A DNA stretch of 63,981 nt, filler included, from Octopus bimaculoides (Eukaryota), in assembly GCF_001194135.2 (NCBI RefSeq). It is 5 parts of 5 records of this genome, joined end to end, with 100 filler letters (N's around TTAATTAATTAA, not from the genome) between each part and the next. Parts side by side here need not be neighbours in the genome. Positions count along the whole stretch, not along the records: positions 61,490 to 63,981 come from NC_068984.1; 4 more parts are not named here. One strand, given 5' to 3'. The position numbers were made by a program, and so were the translations under genes. A model generated the notes under the pieces. The model saw only the letters and a program-made list of their open reading frames with translations, was not told where the DNA came from and searched no databases. Positions 61,390-63,981 of the stretch are shown piece by piece (within the stretch, counting starts at the first letter, position 1; each line of letters opens with the position of its first letter).

Positions 61390-63635
61390 NNNNNNNNNNN
61401 NNNNNNNNNNNNNNNNNNNNNNNNNNNNNNNNNTTAATTAATTAANNNNNNNNNNNNNNNNNNNNNNNNNNNNNNNNNNNNNNNNNNNNGTATGTATGTA
61501 TGTACGTATGTATGTATGTATGTATGTATGTATGTATGTATTATGTATGTATGTATGTATATATTAATGTATGTATGTATGTATGTATGTATGTACGTGG
61601 CTGTGTATGCTCATATTCGTGTGCCTGACTGTGGCACATTGTATACGCTTGTGATTGGTTATTTTGTCTTGTGCGAGGTGATTTGCTGTATGAACTTATC
61701 TGGAGAAGTCGCGTGTGTGTATATGCGAGTGTATATCATGCTTATATGCGTGTTTTTTTTTTAGATGTGTGAATACAATCGAGTAAATGTCTTCATGATT
61801 GCTTGTGTGGATGTCTAACCACACAGTTGATTGTATATCTGAGTATGTGTACGGTTTGTGAGAGTTTGTGGATCTGCATCTTTATATGTCTGTACCTATG
61901 TGTGATTATCGGAGTTCGTGTGTGTACAATCATCTGTGTTTGTACAAGGAATGTTGTCTAAAAATTTATATGGAAGTGTATCTGTGTTTGTATATGTGAC
62001 TGTCTAGAGGTTTGACAGCATAAATTTCTAACTATTTGTACGATTGCGTGTCCAGTGGTTTAACAACATACGTTTTCTATACATTTATATATGTATGTTT
62101 ACGTATTTGGATCTATATATTTAGGATTATAGTAGCACGTGAATGCATAACTACATGCGCACGAGGAAAAGTGGAGGTACAGGAAAGAGAAGGAGAGATA
62201 TAATGTGTATTTGTCTCTATTTTTGTAGATGTGTTTATTTTTGTGAGTATATACGTTTGGAATTGTTTGTGGATATAGGTTTTTGGTTGCTTGCGTGGAT
62301 GTCTAACCACAGTTGATTGTATATCTGAGTGTATGTCTCTGAGTTTGCGTGCGGTTTGTGAGAGTCAATGAATCTGCATCTATACATGTCTGTATATATT
62401 TATGTTTATATCTTTTTTTTTTTTGCGGAACGTATATGCATAGTTGTAGAACCAACGACTGAGCGTTTCAATTTCGATCATCTGTGTTCTGACTACTAAT
62501 TTTTCACGATTTTACTTGAAATTTCATCCTCACAGATCGAAAAAGTAATTAGTACCAGTTGTTGTTGTTTAACCTTATATCAACTTTCATTGAGAAAATC
62601 TATGATTAATGACGTTGCAGACGTGACTAACTCATATTTATACCGAGGAATAAACTGCCCAATCCATACTTTCTTGAGTGTAATTTGAGCAAGATTAGGC
62701 CACTGTTACTAGGTGTGGCAACTATGTAGAGGGAGCCGCTACACCGTAAGTTCATATAATAACTGTGCCACTCAAATTCAAGGATCAATTTACACGTTTT
62801 AAATATGTATGTAGCTTTGCTCTATGAGGAAGAATCACTAGTTAACCCTTTAACGGACAGTGTACTTGAGAACGAAACGCCTGGCAGTATTTAGTTATCT
62901 CCCATTACGAAGATAACTAAACACTGACTTTATATCATCCCCATGAAAGGTTGATAAAATAATATCTCTAAAATTCTGGAGTCAACTAAGTGTACTATAA
63001 TCCAAACCCGAAAACTTGTGACATTCTACCAAAATTAGAATTATGTTTTAATTCGTTTCACTAAACTTTAATTCATATTGGTAGTATTTCATTAGAATTT
63101 CCTATTACTTTCAATAATCGCTGTATTATATAGGAGAGCGTTGTAGCATTGTAAAATATACAAAAAATAGCGTTACAGAAGACTGTAGCAATGGTAACAC
63201 TGCATGTATAATTACAAAAAGAAATATAGTGAAATGTTAACTTAGAAATATTTAAATATTTAATTAGACCTGATATTTCAGTTAAAATACCGTTTTCTAA
63301 AAATGCATCCAGTTCGTCAACCAAATGCATGTTCCTCTTTTGTTCTCTCAACACCATTGAAAAGGAGTATTTTATCCGAAATATTAGGACTAATTAAATA
63401 TTTATGAGGTAACATTTCAATCTCCTTTTTATTCTAATTATTGAAGTTTAATGTTCTAACTACAGTACCATTGCCGTAACTGTCTATAACATTTTTTCTA
63501 TCATAATTTATTTTTATTTTTTAATAATTTATTGAGTAGCGCAATGTTTTCTAAGCTTTTTTTTCTTTCTGCACTCCCCAACCTTTTCTAATTCATCACT
63601 CCGAGTCCACCCCACATGATAAGTAAAAAGAACCT

Positions 63636-63644
63636 TTATTATTA

Positions 63645-63682
<38 letters not shown>

Positions 63683-63981
63683 GTTCAGTAGTTCTATTTT
63701 TATAACGTGCTTTCACTTCACTACCGAGCGCAGCTCTGTGCTCCTTGGGTATGTGCTGTGGTTTGCCGTGATGCTCTTATGGTTACTGTATTGAAAGTGT
63801 TTCGCGTAGTATGTGTGCAGTGCCCAGTAGTGCAATTTTCTGTATGTTATATATATTTGTAAGTCCTGGTGTTTTTGTTATATATTTGTCTGAATATTTT
63901 TTTATTATACCTAAGGCACCTACTATGATGGGAATTGTTTCTGTTTTTAGATTCCACATTCGAATTACCTCTATTTCCAGG
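63636..63981 (-). mobile_element. R4/Dong-like RLE LINE 3' end abutting (TAA)n
   Basis: Minus strand LEIEVIRMWNLKTETIPIIVGALGIIKK..IQKIALLGTAHILRETLSIQ* (TAA at 63783-63785), a ~100-nt 3' UTR, then (AAT)n at 63636-63682. Continues beyond the window. Confidence 0.8.

Noticed and set aside
63073-63357. 94-aa hydrophobic ORF
   Set aside because: AT-rich, no family motif recognised, and the length is within chance expectation.

Overview
AT-rich, microsatellite-rich animal genomic DNA with many N gaps. It is most likely an octopus draft assembly, inferred from the SINE/RTE/Penelope families and the TA/GATA/CATA satellites; this was not checked against a database. Only two host genes are supportable, both on the minus strand. 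One is the spliceosomal Sm D2 gene (SNRPD2): coding exons at 14271-14450 and 10103-10277, with the short start exon not located. The other is the 3' end of a CNNM (cyclin M / Unextended-like) Mg2+ transporter gene: exons at 43455-43538 and 39861-40705. Most of the rest is transposable-element debris: RTE-clade LINEs (one near full-length with an internal PHD-type finger, one decayed full-length), Penelope-like elements, R4/Dong-like restriction-endonuclease LINEs, mariner/Tc1/pogo relics and MITEs, TTAA-flanked MITEs, tRNA-headed SINEs and simple repeats. No CRISPR, rRNA or genuine tRNA gene was found. I did not find a clearly new multi-gene system. The most notable observations are RNA-level: a ~690-bp palindrome with a tRNA-like cloverleaf beside SNRPD2 exon 2, a hammerhead-only mini-insertion with a 10-bp target duplication, an HDV-like ribozyme relic at an RTE 5' end, and a His/Cys/acidic CNNM tail with dileucine-type motifs. 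TE boundaries are approximate and read by eye.
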